Source of the DNA: Felis catus
Taxonomy: Eukaryota
Length of the DNA: 60,000 bases
Assembly: GCF_018350175.1 (NCBI RefSeq)
Contig: NC_058369.1
Span: forward strand, 870,001-930,000
Direction: 5' to 3'
The position numbers and the translations under genes are program-made. Numbering within the stretch: the first letter of the stretch is position 1; each line of letters begins with the position of its first letter. The notes beneath the pieces are model-generated. The model saw nothing but the letters and a program-made list of their open reading frames with translations. It was not told where the DNA came from and did not search any database. Below are positions 42,251 to 55,400 of the stretch, in pieces.

Positions 42251-44394
42251 ACACAGGTTCCCGAGGTGGGAGAGGGAGCGGCTGGCTCCTTTTGCCTGCC
42301 CCCGGCTCTCCCCCCTGACCGGGGTACCCCCCACCCTACCCCATGCAGGGCCTGAGCCACAGCCTCCTCCACCCCCCGTCAATTCTCCCCACACCTCAGA
42401 CTTCCCTGACAGGCGCCCCTGACACTGCTGCCTGGGTGCCCACGCCTGGAACCTTCCCCACCCTAAAATGTCTTTTTCCTGACCCCCAGGTTCACATCCA
42501 GCCTAAGTGTCTCTCTCAGGGTCCCAGACTTCTCTTTTGTGCACTTGAACACTCATGAGTATTTAATCACTTGTGATAACTTATGTCCAGTGCCCTCCCC
42601 ATGGGACCAAGTCCCCCTGGCAGTGGGGGGGTGGGGGGGCCTGGAGGGACCTGCAGATGGGCAGATTGGCGCTCCCGCTCACCCTCCTGGTCTCCCAGCC
42701 ACAGACCTTGTCCCCATCACTCCCACAAAAGAGTCCACTGGCTATAGCCACCCACCCACATGACCTGTGCTGGCCCACTGGGCCAGCCTCAGGTCCCCCT
42801 ACCCCTCCGTCGCCAGCACTCACCATCAATGCCTTTTCTCGGGGGCAGGCCTTGGCACATGCTGATCCCCCTTCCTGGGGCCCCGGCCAGGGTGGAAGGA
42901 GGTGGCCTGTCCTTTTGGCCTGCTGGAGGGGTGGGGAGAAGTCAGACATGTTTCAGCTGGGGGCAGGGACAATAATAGTGGGCGAAAGGAGACTCATTTG
43001 GTAGCGACAGGTGGAGAACAGGCCACGGCGTGGCCTGCTCCGGGGCGCACTTCTGGAGCTTAGGCACCAACACACACGTTCCTTAACGCACCTCCTGGCC
43101 CCATCAGTCCCTGCAGAAAGGGCTTCAGACAAGCTGGGTGCAAGGTGGCTCATGTTCTGGGCTAGGCACTTGTGTGCCCAAGATGGCCGTCTCTTCCCTG
43201 CCTCTCTGCTTTCCAGTTTCTGCTCCTAGGCCCCATTCACATGTCCTGTCCTTCCCTCTGGGGGACTTGGGAAGGGAGGCAGCATCTAATGATGGGGGAG
43301 AAACAGCTACAGAGCGGCCTGGGGGAAGCCGCCCCCAGCTCCTGGCTGCCACCCGGAGACACCAGTGTACCTGGGGGTAGGGGGCGTGTGCAGGCTCTGC
43401 TCACAGAGGCAGGCATCCAGCCAACGGGAAGGTGACGAGGACAGAGAACAAGAGAGGGCTTGGGAGTTAGCTCAGTAGCTGGCATTAAAACTTCAGCAGG
43501 AAGTTAGTTGGAAGACTCCAGTTGGAGACATCTAGAAAGTCAGGCAAAAAGAATTGGGAACTGGAGCGGAGGGGGAGAACAAGAATAAGCCAGGGATTCC
43601 AGAGAGAGCAGAGGGGAAGTGGAGGGAGCTGTCCAAGAAATCATGGAAGGGGACTGCGGGGCCAGAGTCTCTGGATAGCCGGGACCCCACAGCTTGTCCT
43701 CGGAAGACTTGTCAAGGGTCCTGGGACTCCTAAATGCTTCCAGGCCATATTATACATAACCCGGAAAAAGAAGGCCTAGGTTCCTGGGGAAAGTGGTGGC
43801 AAACCCGAAGGTTTGGGAGGAAGAATCAAGAGATCTCATGCCAGCCGAGTCCACACAGATCAGCTTAGCAAGATGCACTCCAGCAGAACGAGGGAGGAAG
43901 TTAAGTCACAGGCGCTACCACGGGAAGGGAAGCGAGCAGGAGAGAAAGCCACAGAGGCGCTCCGGGAAGTGGGACTGGGGCATCACCGAGCCACTGGGCT
44001 GTGGGGAGGCGGCCATTGGGAGCAAATACAGCTGCCGATTTGAAAAGGAGGACCTTCCGGCAAACGGATCCGGAGTCAGAAGAACGGAGGGAGCAGGGAC
44101 TCTAGAGTCTTCGAATCAGCGTACCATCAGGACGCGTCAACGCTGCCCTGTCTGATGTTGGCATGGGTGCTCAGCCACGGCCCTGCGGTGATGCACTTTA
44201 GAAGTCCTTCTAGAACTGGAAGCCACTGACCTCCGGGCAGCGTGCACGCTGCAGCATCTGGGAGGCAGAAGGCGGTGTCCGCAGTGTGGCTTGAGACACA
44301 GCAGGAATAGGACAGAGGGAGGGAGGGGCAGACGTGGATGGTGCCATGGGTGAAAGGTTGCTGGTAAACCCTGGGACAGGCTTTCTGCCCTGTG

Positions 44395-44890
44395 CTGCTG
44401 ACGTCCAGGGCGGGGCCTTCTCTGGGGGGTGCTGTCCCGGGCACTGTGGTATGTCCAGCCGCAGCCCTGGCCTCTGCTACTTGATTCCAGGAGCCACCGC
44501 CCCCCCCCCCTCCCCCCAGTTAGTTTCCTTTGGTCTCACTTAGCAAATTACCACAAACTACGTGGCTTCAAACACCAATTTATTCTCTCCAAGTCCCAGG
44601 GCCTAGGAATGCCAGGCCAAGGTATGGCGGGACTGTGGCTGGCAGGCCTCAGCGTGCCGTGGCCGTGGCCGCCTCACCGCAGTCGGCCTCCGTAGTCACG
44701 TGGCTTCTCCTTGTGCCTCTGTGTCCACGTCTCTCACGAGGACAGTCGGCGGCCATGGGATTCGGGGCCACCCTCTCCAGTGTGACCGCATCTTAATTCA
44801 TTACATCTACTTCCAAGTAGGATCCCGTTCACAGGTTCAGGGATCGGAGCATGGACGAATCCTTTGGGGGCACACGGTGCACCCCACAGA
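44395..44890. mobile_element. MER20-like fragment followed by an MLT1 LTR (minus)
   Basis: gctgtcccgggcactgtggtatg...ccctggcctct; aaattaccacaaactacgtggcttcaaacacc. Confidence 0.55.
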
Positions 44891-45204
44891 ACCCCCCCAG
44901 GCAGGACGACCGAGAATGTCTGCAGACAGGTCCCCTGGGTGCACGGTCACCCCGCGTGAGAAGCGCTCACCCTTCCGTGCCGACCCGTGTGTGGTCGCTG
45001 TAGGCGGTGGGCTCGTGAGGGTCATTGCAGAATTGCCTGGACTCTGTGCCGAGCTGAGCTGAAGTGCCTCCAGTGGGGTGTTGCAGTGGAACAATGTGGG
45101 AGCGGAGGGGGCGGTTCTGGGGGGGGCGGCAGGGGCCCCGAGCATCCTTCCTGAGGCTGGTGCCGGCACGTGGGTTTCATTTGTCTATTTCAAAGCTTTC
45201 CATA

Positions 45205-45479
45205 ATAAAAAAAAAAATTTTTTTTTAAAGTGTATTTATTTATTTATTTATTTATTTATTTAGAGAGAGCGGGGGGCGGGGGAGCGCAGGGAGGGGCAGA
45301 GAGAGAGGGAGACAGGCAATCCCAAACAGGCTCTGTGCTGTCAGCACAGAGCCTGATGCGGGGCTTGAACACACAAACCATGAGACCATGACCCAAGCTG
45401 AGGTCCGTTTACCGACTGAGTCACCCAGGTGCCCCCCCAAATATATATATATGTATATATATGTATATATACACACACA

Positions 45480-45510
<31 letters not shown>

Positions 45511-46003
45511 TTTTTTAAGTTTACTTTTTTTTAAGTTTATTTACTTTGAAAGAGAAAGAGAGCATGAGCAGGGGAGAGGCAGAGAGAGAGAGAGAGAGGG
45601 AATCCTAAGCAGGTTCTGCACTGTCAGCACAGAGCCCCAGGCGGGGCTCGAACTCACCAACTGTGAGATCATGACCTGAGCCGAAACCAAGAGTTGGATA
45701 CTTAACCAACTAAGCCCCTATTTTTAAGTTTAGAAACTATCCTTTGAGGGGTGCCTGGGTGGCTCAGTCGGTTAAGCATCCGACTTCGGCTCAGGTTATG
45801 ATCTCTCAGTTCGTGAGTTCGAGCCCCGCGTCAGACTCCGTGCCGACAGCTCGGAGCCTGGAGCCTACTTCCGATTCTGTGTCTCCCTCTCTCTCTCTCT
45901 CTCTCTGTCCCTTCCCCATTCACGCTCTGTCTCTCTCTCTCTCTCTCAAAAATAAATAAACATTAAAAAAAATTAAAAAAGAAAAAAGAAACTGTCCTTT
46001 GAG
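45205..46003. mobile_element. Three adjacent CAN-SINEs with a (TA)n microsatellite at 45441-45510
   Basis: Two minus copies, then a plus copy (45748-45987) with TSD agaaactRtcctttgag. Confidence 0.9.
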
Positions 46004-47234
46004 AGATTCCTTTGGAGAGGTCTGGAAATGACAACAGCATCCAAATCCCCCACGGTGGGTTGGGGCCCACACCCGCTGCGCCCCGGACGGACCCCGAACA
46101 CACGACGCTCAGGGAGGGAACCAGACACGAGAGGCCACGCGGGGTGTGGGTCTGAGTGTGTGAAACGTCCAGAATAGGCTCATCCATGGACAGGAGGGGG
46201 GCTCGTGAGGGCCGGGGACTGGGGGGTGACTGCTGATGGGGACGGGGCTGAGACGGGGGTGGGAGTTTGGGGGACCGAGAAGGATAAAACGCAGCATGGA
46301 GGGAAATGCTCCAGAAGAGGTTCTCCTCTGGGGAGCACGGGGCCGAGCATGGCTACTTTTCATCATGAGGATTTTAGTGACATTGACCTCTGCATTTTTA
46401 ACTATATGCTTTTTTTTTTTTTTTTTTTTTTTTAACAGTTCTTAAAACGTGCTTGGGAAATGCTGTGACAGAGACCCTATTACACCGGCTCCCGGGACCC
46501 TTCACCGGGCTTGAGTGGCTTGGCCGGGGGAGCCCGGGTGTGTGCTCCTCCCGCTGTGCTCCCCTTCCAGGGCTGCCCTCCTCCGTGGGCACATTTTGAA
46601 AGAAGAAACGGTCAAGGAAAAAAGAGAACATTGCCAAAGAATATAAAACCACAAAACTGGCCTTCCCTGGCGTTTGTATTTTCAGCCTTCTCCCTTATCA
46701 CGATAACGTGTGCTCACGGCCGGCGATTTGGGACTCAAGATAACGTTTGTGGATCGAGTGTTGTTGTCTGAGACGGAGTTTACGTGCCACGAAACACGCT
46801 TTTTCTTTTCTTTTAAGTTTTTATTTTTGTTCCAGGCAGTTAACATGCAGTGTTGTATTAGTTTCAGAAAACACACCCGTTTTTACCGCCAGGTTGATGA
46901 ACTCCGCCTGCCCAGACCTGCGGCCCAGAGAGTCCCCTCCCGCCCCACTGCCGTCCAGCCCCCGTGGACCAGTCTCTTCCGGAGCGCCACGTCAAATAAC
47001 GGGCTGGCTTTGTGCTGTCTCCTGTAGCAAGTTTCTTGCCCTCAGCCGAAGTTCATTTTTGTCTTTTTTGTCTTTTTTGTCTTTTTCAAGATTCCCGGCC
47101 CAGCATCTTTGTGTCCCCTGCGGGCCTCCCGCTCTCCCCTCCCCGATGGCCGTGTAGGCGCCCGCGGTCTCCCTGCAAACTGGCTGGGATCTCGTTGCTC
47201 TGCACACACTTCAGGTTCCTGAGACCCTGAAATC

Positions 47235-48370
47235 TTTTTATTGTTAAAACTGAGATAATTCATGTGCATCCAAGTTTGTCCTTCTATTTATTAAAACATA
47301 TTTTTAAAATATTTATTTATTTATTTATTTATTTTTGAGAGAGAGAGAGAGAGAGAAACAGACAGGCTGCGAGCAGGAGAGAGAGAGGGAGACACGGAAT
47401 CCACAGGAGGTTCCAGGCTCCGGGCTGTCAGCACAGAGCCTGACGTGGGGCTCGACCCCGCGAACCTCCAGACCATGACCTGAGCCGAAGTCGGACGTTC
47501 AACTGACTGAGCCACCCGGGTGCCCCGAAGTTTGCCCTTTTAAAGTAGACAGTTCAGTGGCTTTTGGGAAAATCAAGGACTTGTGCAGTCATCACCGCTG
47601 TCAACTTCAGAACATTATCATTACCCAAACAAGACACCCTGTCCCCACTAGCAGCACCCCCAGCCCCCGAACCCCCAAGCCCCTGGCACCCATGAATCCA
47701 CTTTCTGTCTCTACGGATTGCCCTCTCCTGACCTTTCACTTAAGCGAGTCCCGCTCTGGCCGTGTTAAGGGCTCTCCGGGCAAACGGAAGCAGCAGGGCC
47801 CACGGAGAGATCTCTAAGGGGACACAAGGGGACTGGCTCACGTGGTTATGGAGGCCAAGAGGCCCACGGCCCGCCGTCCACAAGCGGGAGCCCTGGGAGG
47901 GTCGTGACCCGGCCGGAGTCTGGGGGCCTTGCCTTGCGTGCGCTGCGCAAGACGGCCGTCTCAGCTCAGGAGGAGAAGGCGACACCGTTTTGTTCCATTT
48001 GGGCCCCTGGTGGACTGAGCGATGCCCACGTTGATGAGCGAGATCCCTCCACGCTGCCTGCCGGATCAGATTCTCACCCCTTCCAGACATGTGCCTGGAC
48101 GCACCCAGAACTAACGTGTCCCAGCTACCTGGACATCCCTTGGCCTCGGCAAGTTGATGCAAAATTAACATCATGTTTGGAAAAAAAAAAAAAAAAAAAC
48201 AAACCCACGGTGGCCTCTTGTGGCTGGTTCCCTCCCTGAGCGTCGTGTTCAGGGTTGTCCGCGGGGCAGCCGGCCTGGGCGGCTTGCGGCCGAGGGACGT
48301 GTGCGTGCGTGGACGTATTTTCTGCATCCATTTATTTGTTGATAGACCCTTGGGTTATTTCCGTTTTTTG
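47235..48370. mobile_element. L1M(B) remnant interrupted by a CAN-SINE (about 47300-47526) and an MLT2-like ERVL LTR (about 47762-48174)
   Basis: aaagtagacagttcagtggc...; ggctcacgtggttatggaggc...caagttgatgcaaaattaacatca. Confidence 0.7.
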
Positions 48371-48464
48371 AGTGCCTTGAGTCTCGACCAAGACTTGCCC
48401 AGTCTTACTGGGGATGGGGGTCTGGGCAGCCCCCTAGCAAAAGCAAAGAGCCCCTGTTCTAGAC

Positions 48465-48742
48465 TTTTTTTTTTTTTTTTTAAAGTAGGCTTCATGCCCA
48501 AGGCGGGGCTCAGATTCATGACCCTGAAATCAAGACCTGAGCTGAGATCAAGAGTCAGGCACTTCAGGGGCGCCTGGGGGGCTCAGTCAGTTAAGTGGCC
48601 GATTCTTGGTTTCAGCTCAGGTCATGATCTCGTGGTTTGTGAGATTGATCCCCACATTGGGCTCTGCGGTGACAGCATGGAGCCTGCTTGGGATCCTCTC
48701 TCTGCTCCTCTCCCCTGCCCTTGCTCTCTCTCAAATAAATAA

Positions 48743-48773
<31 letters not shown>

Positions 48774-48810
48774 AGACGCCCAAACCAACGGAGCTACCCA
48801 GACGCACCTA
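48465..48810. mobile_element. Nested CAN-SINEs (plus copy 48566-48770 inside a minus copy)
   Basis: Outer element resumes at agtcagacgccc; outer flanks agagcccctgttctaga / agagtctctgttataga. Confidence 0.85.
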
Positions 48811-50744
48811 AGAGTCTCTGTTATAGAATGTGTGTTAGAACTTTCCAGATGACAGAACGTTCTCCGTCTGCTCTGTCCAGTTCAGTAACCACCAGCCCCG
48901 TGTGTAAGGAAGGGGCTGTTTAATTAGTTGTAGCCCGTTTGAACTGAAGTGCCATATGTGGCTGGACCGGACCACTCCAGAAATCTGAGCGAGCTGGTCC
49001 CTCTGCCCCAGTCCTGCCACCATTTGACTAATAAAATCCCAACTTGTTTTGTTAGGAGTCACTGCCTGAGGTCACCCGAGGCTCCCTTCCTCCTCAAACT
49101 CCGTGGGTCCTGAGCTCGACCAGCTCCAGGCCTTGTGCGGCCACTGCCGGCCTCCCCGAGGGACCCGCACACAAAGGCCAGGCGGCAGGAGCGAGCTCGG
49201 ACGGAAAGGTGAGATGGCCAAGCCACAGGGGCCAGGCCACGCCGGGCTGCGGGCTTCCCGAAAAGACCAGGGATCTTACTCCAGGGTAATGAGGTCGGAG
49301 GCAGAGAGACGGATGGATCCGCGCTGCTGGCTGTGACGACGGAGAGGCCACGGGCCAAGGATGCAGCGCCTCTGGAAGCCGGGGAAGGGGGAGATGGGGC
49401 TCCCTGGGGCCCCGGCCCTGCCCACGCCTGGGTGTTAGGACTTATGGCTCCAGGACCGTCAGGGAATCGGCGTGTGGCGATGCGTCACAGTGGCCCTGGG
49501 AGGCCCTCGCGGTTCGGGAAGTTCTATGCCTGCCCCGGACTGGGGACAGCTGGGCACCCGGTGGAGACACGGGGGTGGTTCCGGTCTGCAGCGTGGATAT
49601 CCCTGAGCTGATGGCACCGACAGCGTGGATATCCCAGCTGATGGCACTGGGAGAGTTTGGAGCCGGACGCATCCTGGGACTTGTGGCCCGGGATCGCCCT
49701 CCTCAGTCCTTGCACCACAAGTCTCTCCGGGGACAGGAAAGAATTCAGGAGGGGCCCTCAGGCTTGCAAAGAGCCCCAGCTCAAGGTCAGGATGGGCTCG
49801 GGGCTGTGTGGAGGCCCTACTGTGGGGCGGGTAGCATTTCACCCTCGCGCCACTGTCCCAGTCCACTGTGTGGACAGACACGTCTTCTGTACCCACTCAT
49901 TTGTGGATGGGCCCTCGGGCAGGCACCCTGGACACTGTTCTCGCTCCTGAGGTCCCGAGGTCAGTGGCCACTCAGGGACTCTCTGGGCCTGGGGTCAGGG
50001 AGACGCAAGTTCTCCGCCAGGCCGGATGTCTTTCCAGCTGGCGCCCCCTGGCAAGGTGCTACCCTGTGCCAGTTTCCCTTCCGGGAGCTGGGCTCTTCCA
50101 GGAGGGCAGGACTGACTGCAGAGCAGAGTGAATGCACGCGGAGACAGAGCAGGGTGTGGGCGGGAGAGACAGAAGCCCCATGTGGCAGGGGTGTGGAGTG
50201 GAGGGGCTCCGGGCCCAGGCTCCAGCTGCAACGCGGGCACGGAAAACCCAGCAGGGGATCCGGGCAGCTGCCTCCCTGCTACCCCAGGCAGGGCAGACCG
50301 TCTGCTGCCCGTAGACGCGGGGCAGGGCTGGCCGGGCACCGGGGCTGGCAGGGGCCTTATCATGCAGGGCCCCAGTCCCCAGTCCCCTTGGGAGCCGGCC
50401 AGGACGCCCCCCACGCCTGAGACTTGGGCTTTCTCCGGTCCCGGCAGCAGGGGACCTGGGGGCTCTGAGGCAGTCACAGGGACTCCTCCGGGCAGGTGCT
50501 CAGCCCTCAGGAAGCCTTCACCAGACAGGCTCTTTCACCAAAAGTGGGAGGAGCTTCTGAGGCCCGGGGGGACTCCGCCCTCCCTGGGAATGGCCACCGG
50601 GGTCCTCGGATTCCCCAGCCCCCGTCTCCAGCCCGTGATAAGGCAACAAACACAAGAGCCTGCGCTGAAGGCCCAGGCGGGGGTCCACCCTCCCTGGACA
50701 CAAAGGCCCTAGGTATTCAGAATTAAACCAAGGCCGCAAACCAC

Positions 50745-52080
50745 ACTCACCGAGATGGCTTTATTCAACGGTTGCCCACCGACAGGGTGCCTCCCGGGCC
50801 CCCGCACTCAGGCCCGCACAGGGGCCAGCCCCGGACGTAGCTCCCTCTTAGTGGCCGTGGCCCCCCGGGAAGGGCAGGATGGCCCGCGGCCTCGCGGAGG
50901 GGCCTTCCCCCCACCGCCCCCCCCCGGCCGGCATTGGCACCACAGCTCATGCGGGGCACCCCGTGGGTGGGTCTCGAGGGTTTGTGCTTTGACTGGGCTT
51001 GAGAGATGCTGCCGGTCTGACATCCTCGGAGGCGCAGGTGGCTCCCACCTCCCCCACCCCCTGCATCAGCCAGGGTGACAGCCGCACGGGGCAGCGACCC
51101 GGGGCCTTCCCAACAGTCTCAGGCTGTGGGGCAGGGCCGGGCAGGGACAGGGTGGCTCCCCTCACCCAAGGCACTCAGGGTTGGAGGGGACGGGGATTAA
51201 GGACCACAATTCTGACGCCCTGTGTCCAGGGCTCCCCGGAGGCTGCTGCTCGGGGCACCGGGCGCTCAGGGATGCTGGGCCGGAAAACACGCCCCAGGAT
51301 GGGAACTCGGGAGAGCTTTGGCCCCGAGAGCCGGGAGTCACTGTCCCTGCTACACGGGGGAGGGAGGAGACAGGGAGGCAGTTGGCCGTGAGCAGTTTCT
51401 TTCTGCGGTGGCTGAGCCTCCGGCAGGGCAGGTGTCCACAGAGTTCACGTCCACGTGCAGCCAACACAAGGCTCGGGCCGTTACGCGGACGTCCCGCCTC
51501 ATCCGTGTCCCGGGTTTACTGAAGGAAAACGTCTGGGTGGCCCCACTGCCTCCGGAGGAACTCGGGGCCATCATGGCTGGGGAGCCATCCCGCACCCCTT
51601 TCCGGAAAGGCCGGTGTGCTGGCCCTGGACCATCATCCCTCGTGCAGGGATCGGGGGCCAAGCCCGTTCCAAAAAACGTTTCTCTGGCCCCTCGAGCACC
51701 CTCGCAGGCCACCTGGGGGCAGCTGTCCTGTGTGAGGCAGCTGTGGGGACGAGGCCGGCCCCGAGTCCACCGTGGAATGACAGCGACGGCTCCAAGCGGG
51801 GGCCTCCCGCGGGCAGGGCCCGGGAGCGGCTGGCACTTCGGGTCTCACGTCCTCTGGAGAGGAGCAAGCGCGGCAGCCCGCCGGGCAGGGGCGGTCCTCC
51901 AGCCGTGCCCCCGGGGACCCCGGGGAGGGGACACGCCTGGGGAGACCTAGGAGGGGCCCCCTTCCCCCCGGGCCGGGCCCGGCCACAGAGCCCGGTCCAA
52001 GCGTGGAGACGGCGGGGTCGGCAGGCGGCTCCCCGCGGGCAGGGCCTCCGCAAGGACGGGGAGAGGGCGCCATCGGCGCC
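50745..52080 (-). other. MBD3 non-coding last exon (3' UTR)
   Basis: Donor 5 nt after the stop (52203/52202), candidate acceptor ccccgccag at 52083-52081, AATAAA at 50760-50765. Confidence 0.6.
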
Positions 52081-52207
52081 CTGGCGGGGAGCTGCCCTCC
52101 GGGGACGCCGGCACAGCCGCCGCCCCGCGTGGGGCACGTCCCTCACCCCTGCGGGCCCTGCCCGCGCGCGAGCTGTGGACCGGGACCCGCCTGGCCAGCG
52201 ACCTGCT

Positions 52208-52406
52208 CTACACGTGCTCCGTTTCCTGGTCCTGGTCGGGCTCCTCCTCGTCGTCCTCGTCGTCCTCGTCCTCGTCCTCGTCGGCGCCCGTCTTGTCCAG
52301 CGGAGCCTCGCCGTCGCGGGCCAGCTCCTCCACGTGCGCCAACATGTCGGCCATCAGCGCCTCCTCCAGCCGCTTGCGCACCTGCTGTACCAGCTCTTCC
52401 TGCTTC
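52208..52406 (-). CDS. MBD3: MBD3 exon 6 (coiled coil, acidic tail, stop)
   Basis: 199 nt to TAG. Confidence 0.95.
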
Positions 52407-55400
52407 CTGGGGACACAGGGGCTGCGCTGGCCGCGGCACGTCCCCGCCTCCGGGAAGACGGCGCAGGCCAGGAGGAGAGTGCGGGCAGGCGTACGTGGGC
52501 GGGTCACCTCCGGGGCCCTCTGTCCCGCATCCTGGCAGCAACCTTCGCAGAGCGAGCCGCCCTCCGGCTCAGCTTCCGTGTCCTACGGTCCGTCTCCGCC
52601 TGGGCGACCCCGGGGCTGGGGGCTCAAGTCCCCAGATGCGTGCCCCGCCCCCCCCACCCCCCCACCGTCTGCCTCTGCCCCTCCCAGCAGGCCCCGCAGG
52701 CCCGGCCGATGGGTCACCGCCTGTCTGCTTCCCCCTGGGGTCCAGCGCACGGGCGCACGGAGTCCCCGAACTGTCGCTTGAGTGGGGTTTGCAAACAAAA
52801 AGCAGACAACGGTGTCGGGTCACCGCACCCGGCCAGAGTGTCACTCGCCCCGTGGCTGATGGGAGTTTTGCAGGCGCACAATTCTAGGTGGAGAACGGCG
52901 TTCTCGGTCTTTCGGCTTCTGCTACCACAGCCTAGAAAGCCGTCAGCCCAGACTGTGAGAAGGCCTGCCTCCCCTCCCTCGCCCGAACGTGATCCGGCAC
53001 GCGTCTGTCCCCGGCCCGTGCGGCACCACGCTGCCGGCCGCTCGTCCCCTCTCCAGACACGACCGAGTCCACTGCCTGACCCTCCCTCGGGACTGAGCTT
53101 CTCCCAGTTCTAGAAGTTCTGCTCAGCCGTAAACACCCATCTAGCCTTTCCGGACGGTTGCATTCTTCCCTTCTACCTCCAACTCCCCGGCAGCGCACTC
53201 CTCTGAGGGGCCGCGGGCTATTCCCGGGCGTCACCCCACGGGGCCTGGGGCTCTGCTCAGTCCTGCGGCAGGGCGCCCGCCCACAGGCCGCTCCGCCGCG
53301 GTTCCGGCCCCTTCTCTGTGTGGGGCCCACAGAGAGCCCCTACCTGCTCTGACCTCGGCTGTGTGTTCACACCTCGGTTCGAGAGGACACACGTTCCACG
53401 CTGCCGGCTCAAACATCTCCTCGCCGGGACGCCTGCCCAGATGGTTCCAGCAGACGGATGCCTCCCGCCACGAGTCCGCCTGCACCTGGACACCAGCTCG
53501 GCTGGGAAACCCTCCCGAGGCGCCCCAGCCCCCGGCCCAGCCTAGATCCGGCCGACATCCCAGGCCCCGGGGCGTGTCTGGGGCTCACGGCACTCTCTGC
53601 GGCCCCCCCGCCGGCAGGCACCCCGAAGGCCTCACGTGCCCGAGACGGGCAGGCCACACTGTGAGCCTGTCCACACGGGGGAAGAGCCACTTTCTCTTCC
53701 CAAGAACATTCCCAAACGGCAAGGATGCTTCCCGTTCCTTCCGCAGGCCGCCTCCGGTCTGCCCTCAATTGAAGACTCGCGGAAAAGCTCCCGTGGGTGC
53801 TTTCCACACCCGTGCCCTCGCGGTGACCACATCCGCTTCGACCCCCAAAGAGCGCCGGCGGAACAGCGGGGCCGTGGGGAGACCAGAGCTCTCACACACG
53901 GGGGCCACGCCGGCCACGGGCAGGAGCCGGACGGGGGCGCGCGCGGGCCGGTACCTGATGTCCTCGTCGGTCACCATGAAGGCCTTGCAGAGAGGCTGGG
54001 CCGTGTTCAGCCACACCCCGGGGTTCTTCTCCACGGCGGCCGAGAGCTGCCCAGTGATGGGCATGGTGCTGGTGTGCAGGGCGCTGGCGATGGCCGACAG
54101 CAGGGTCTCGTCCGTGCAGCCGGGTCCCACGCCTACCAGGGGGCAGGAGGGCGCTCAGCACCGGGCACCCGAGGCCGCTCTCCCTCAGCCTCTGGTTTCG
54201 CTCCCGAGTCTCCCATCACAGGCACACGATCCCTCTCGTGACAGCAGCAGAGGCTGTGACTCGCGGTTACGGCGTGCTTGTGTTTTTACGACGCGCGAGC
54301 AAAATCACACACGTCCGGCCTCTTAGGGACCCGCCCCGCAGGACAGCCCTCGTGCCGCACCCCCGCCACACCCACCCCTCCACCCCCGTCCTTCCCCTCA
54401 ACCCCCCCACCCTGCCCAGCCCCACCCCTCTCCTGGGATTACCCTGCAGGCCTTTGGGGAGGTCCATGGTTTTCACGAGCTCCTCGGCGATGTCGAAGGC
54501 GTTCAGGCCACTCAGCTTCTTCTCCCAGAAGAGCTGCCACAAACAGACGTGAGGCCGGCGGACAGCCAGCTGTGCCCCCACAACAGGCAGCCGTGCCCCG
54601 GGGGAGAGCGGGGGTGCATCCTCGTGGAGGGTGGCAGTCCCGGCGTGACCTCTGACCCCCACACCTGCCAGAGCGCCTCGCTTGGGAACGAGGGTGCTGC
54701 TGGCCTCTGCCTGGTCCTCCCGGGGCCGGAGAGGCCCCAACCCGGGAAGCGAGACTTGCCGTCGGCATTGGCAGTCTATGGTTCCCAAAAGATGGCCCAA
54801 CCCCAGCGGGGCAATGCCCCCCTCAAGCTGACGTTCAGAAGCGCAACGTCCACCCAGAGCTGAGCCGTGAGGCCCATCAGAGGCCCCGGGCGCAGGGGGA
54901 TGGACCCGGTCAACCCACCACGACCGGGCACCATCGACAGGCAGGGGACGGACCCAGCAGCCCCTGAAGGTGCGTGGAGCTCGCGGCCACAGACGGCACC
55001 GGGGACTCTGGGGACGGTGCACTGAGAGGCGTGCTCCAAAGCAGGAGGCAGAGGACAGGTCTCTGAGTGGTTACTTAGTTGGCTACAATCCAAATGCCAC
55101 CGAGGGCGGTGAAGACGGGGGGCCCCGTGAGCGGCTCCCACAGCCTCCTGCTCCCACCCAGGCCGCACGCCAGCTACGTACGGGCGTTTGTAAACACGCA
55201 CAAAAGCACAGGTGATCGTGGTTTTTAGAAAGCAGGTTATAAGGCGGCACGCGTGCCCCCACAGGACGCAAGCCAGGCTGGCACACGGCGGCCCGGGAAG
55301 CGTGGGGGCAGGAGGCCGGGCCCGTGGGCTCACCTGTCGAGGCTGCTCCACGGCCTTCTGGGGGTCACTCTTCACTTTGTTGCTGGGGTGGTTGGTGATC

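Noticed and set aside
40673..42355. 560-aa and other overlapping ORFs in the MEX3D CpG island
   Set aside because: Stop-codon depletion in extremely GC-rich DNA; low-complexity Ala/Gly/Pro/Arg translations.
49589..49647. Imperfect ~30-bp tandem duplication (cagcgtggatatccc..agctgatggcac)
   Set aside because: Only two copies and no sign of function; ordinary slippage.
51455..53113. 552-aa plus-strand ORF
   Set aside because: Antisense to MBD3 exon 6 and 3' UTR, with no recognisable domain.
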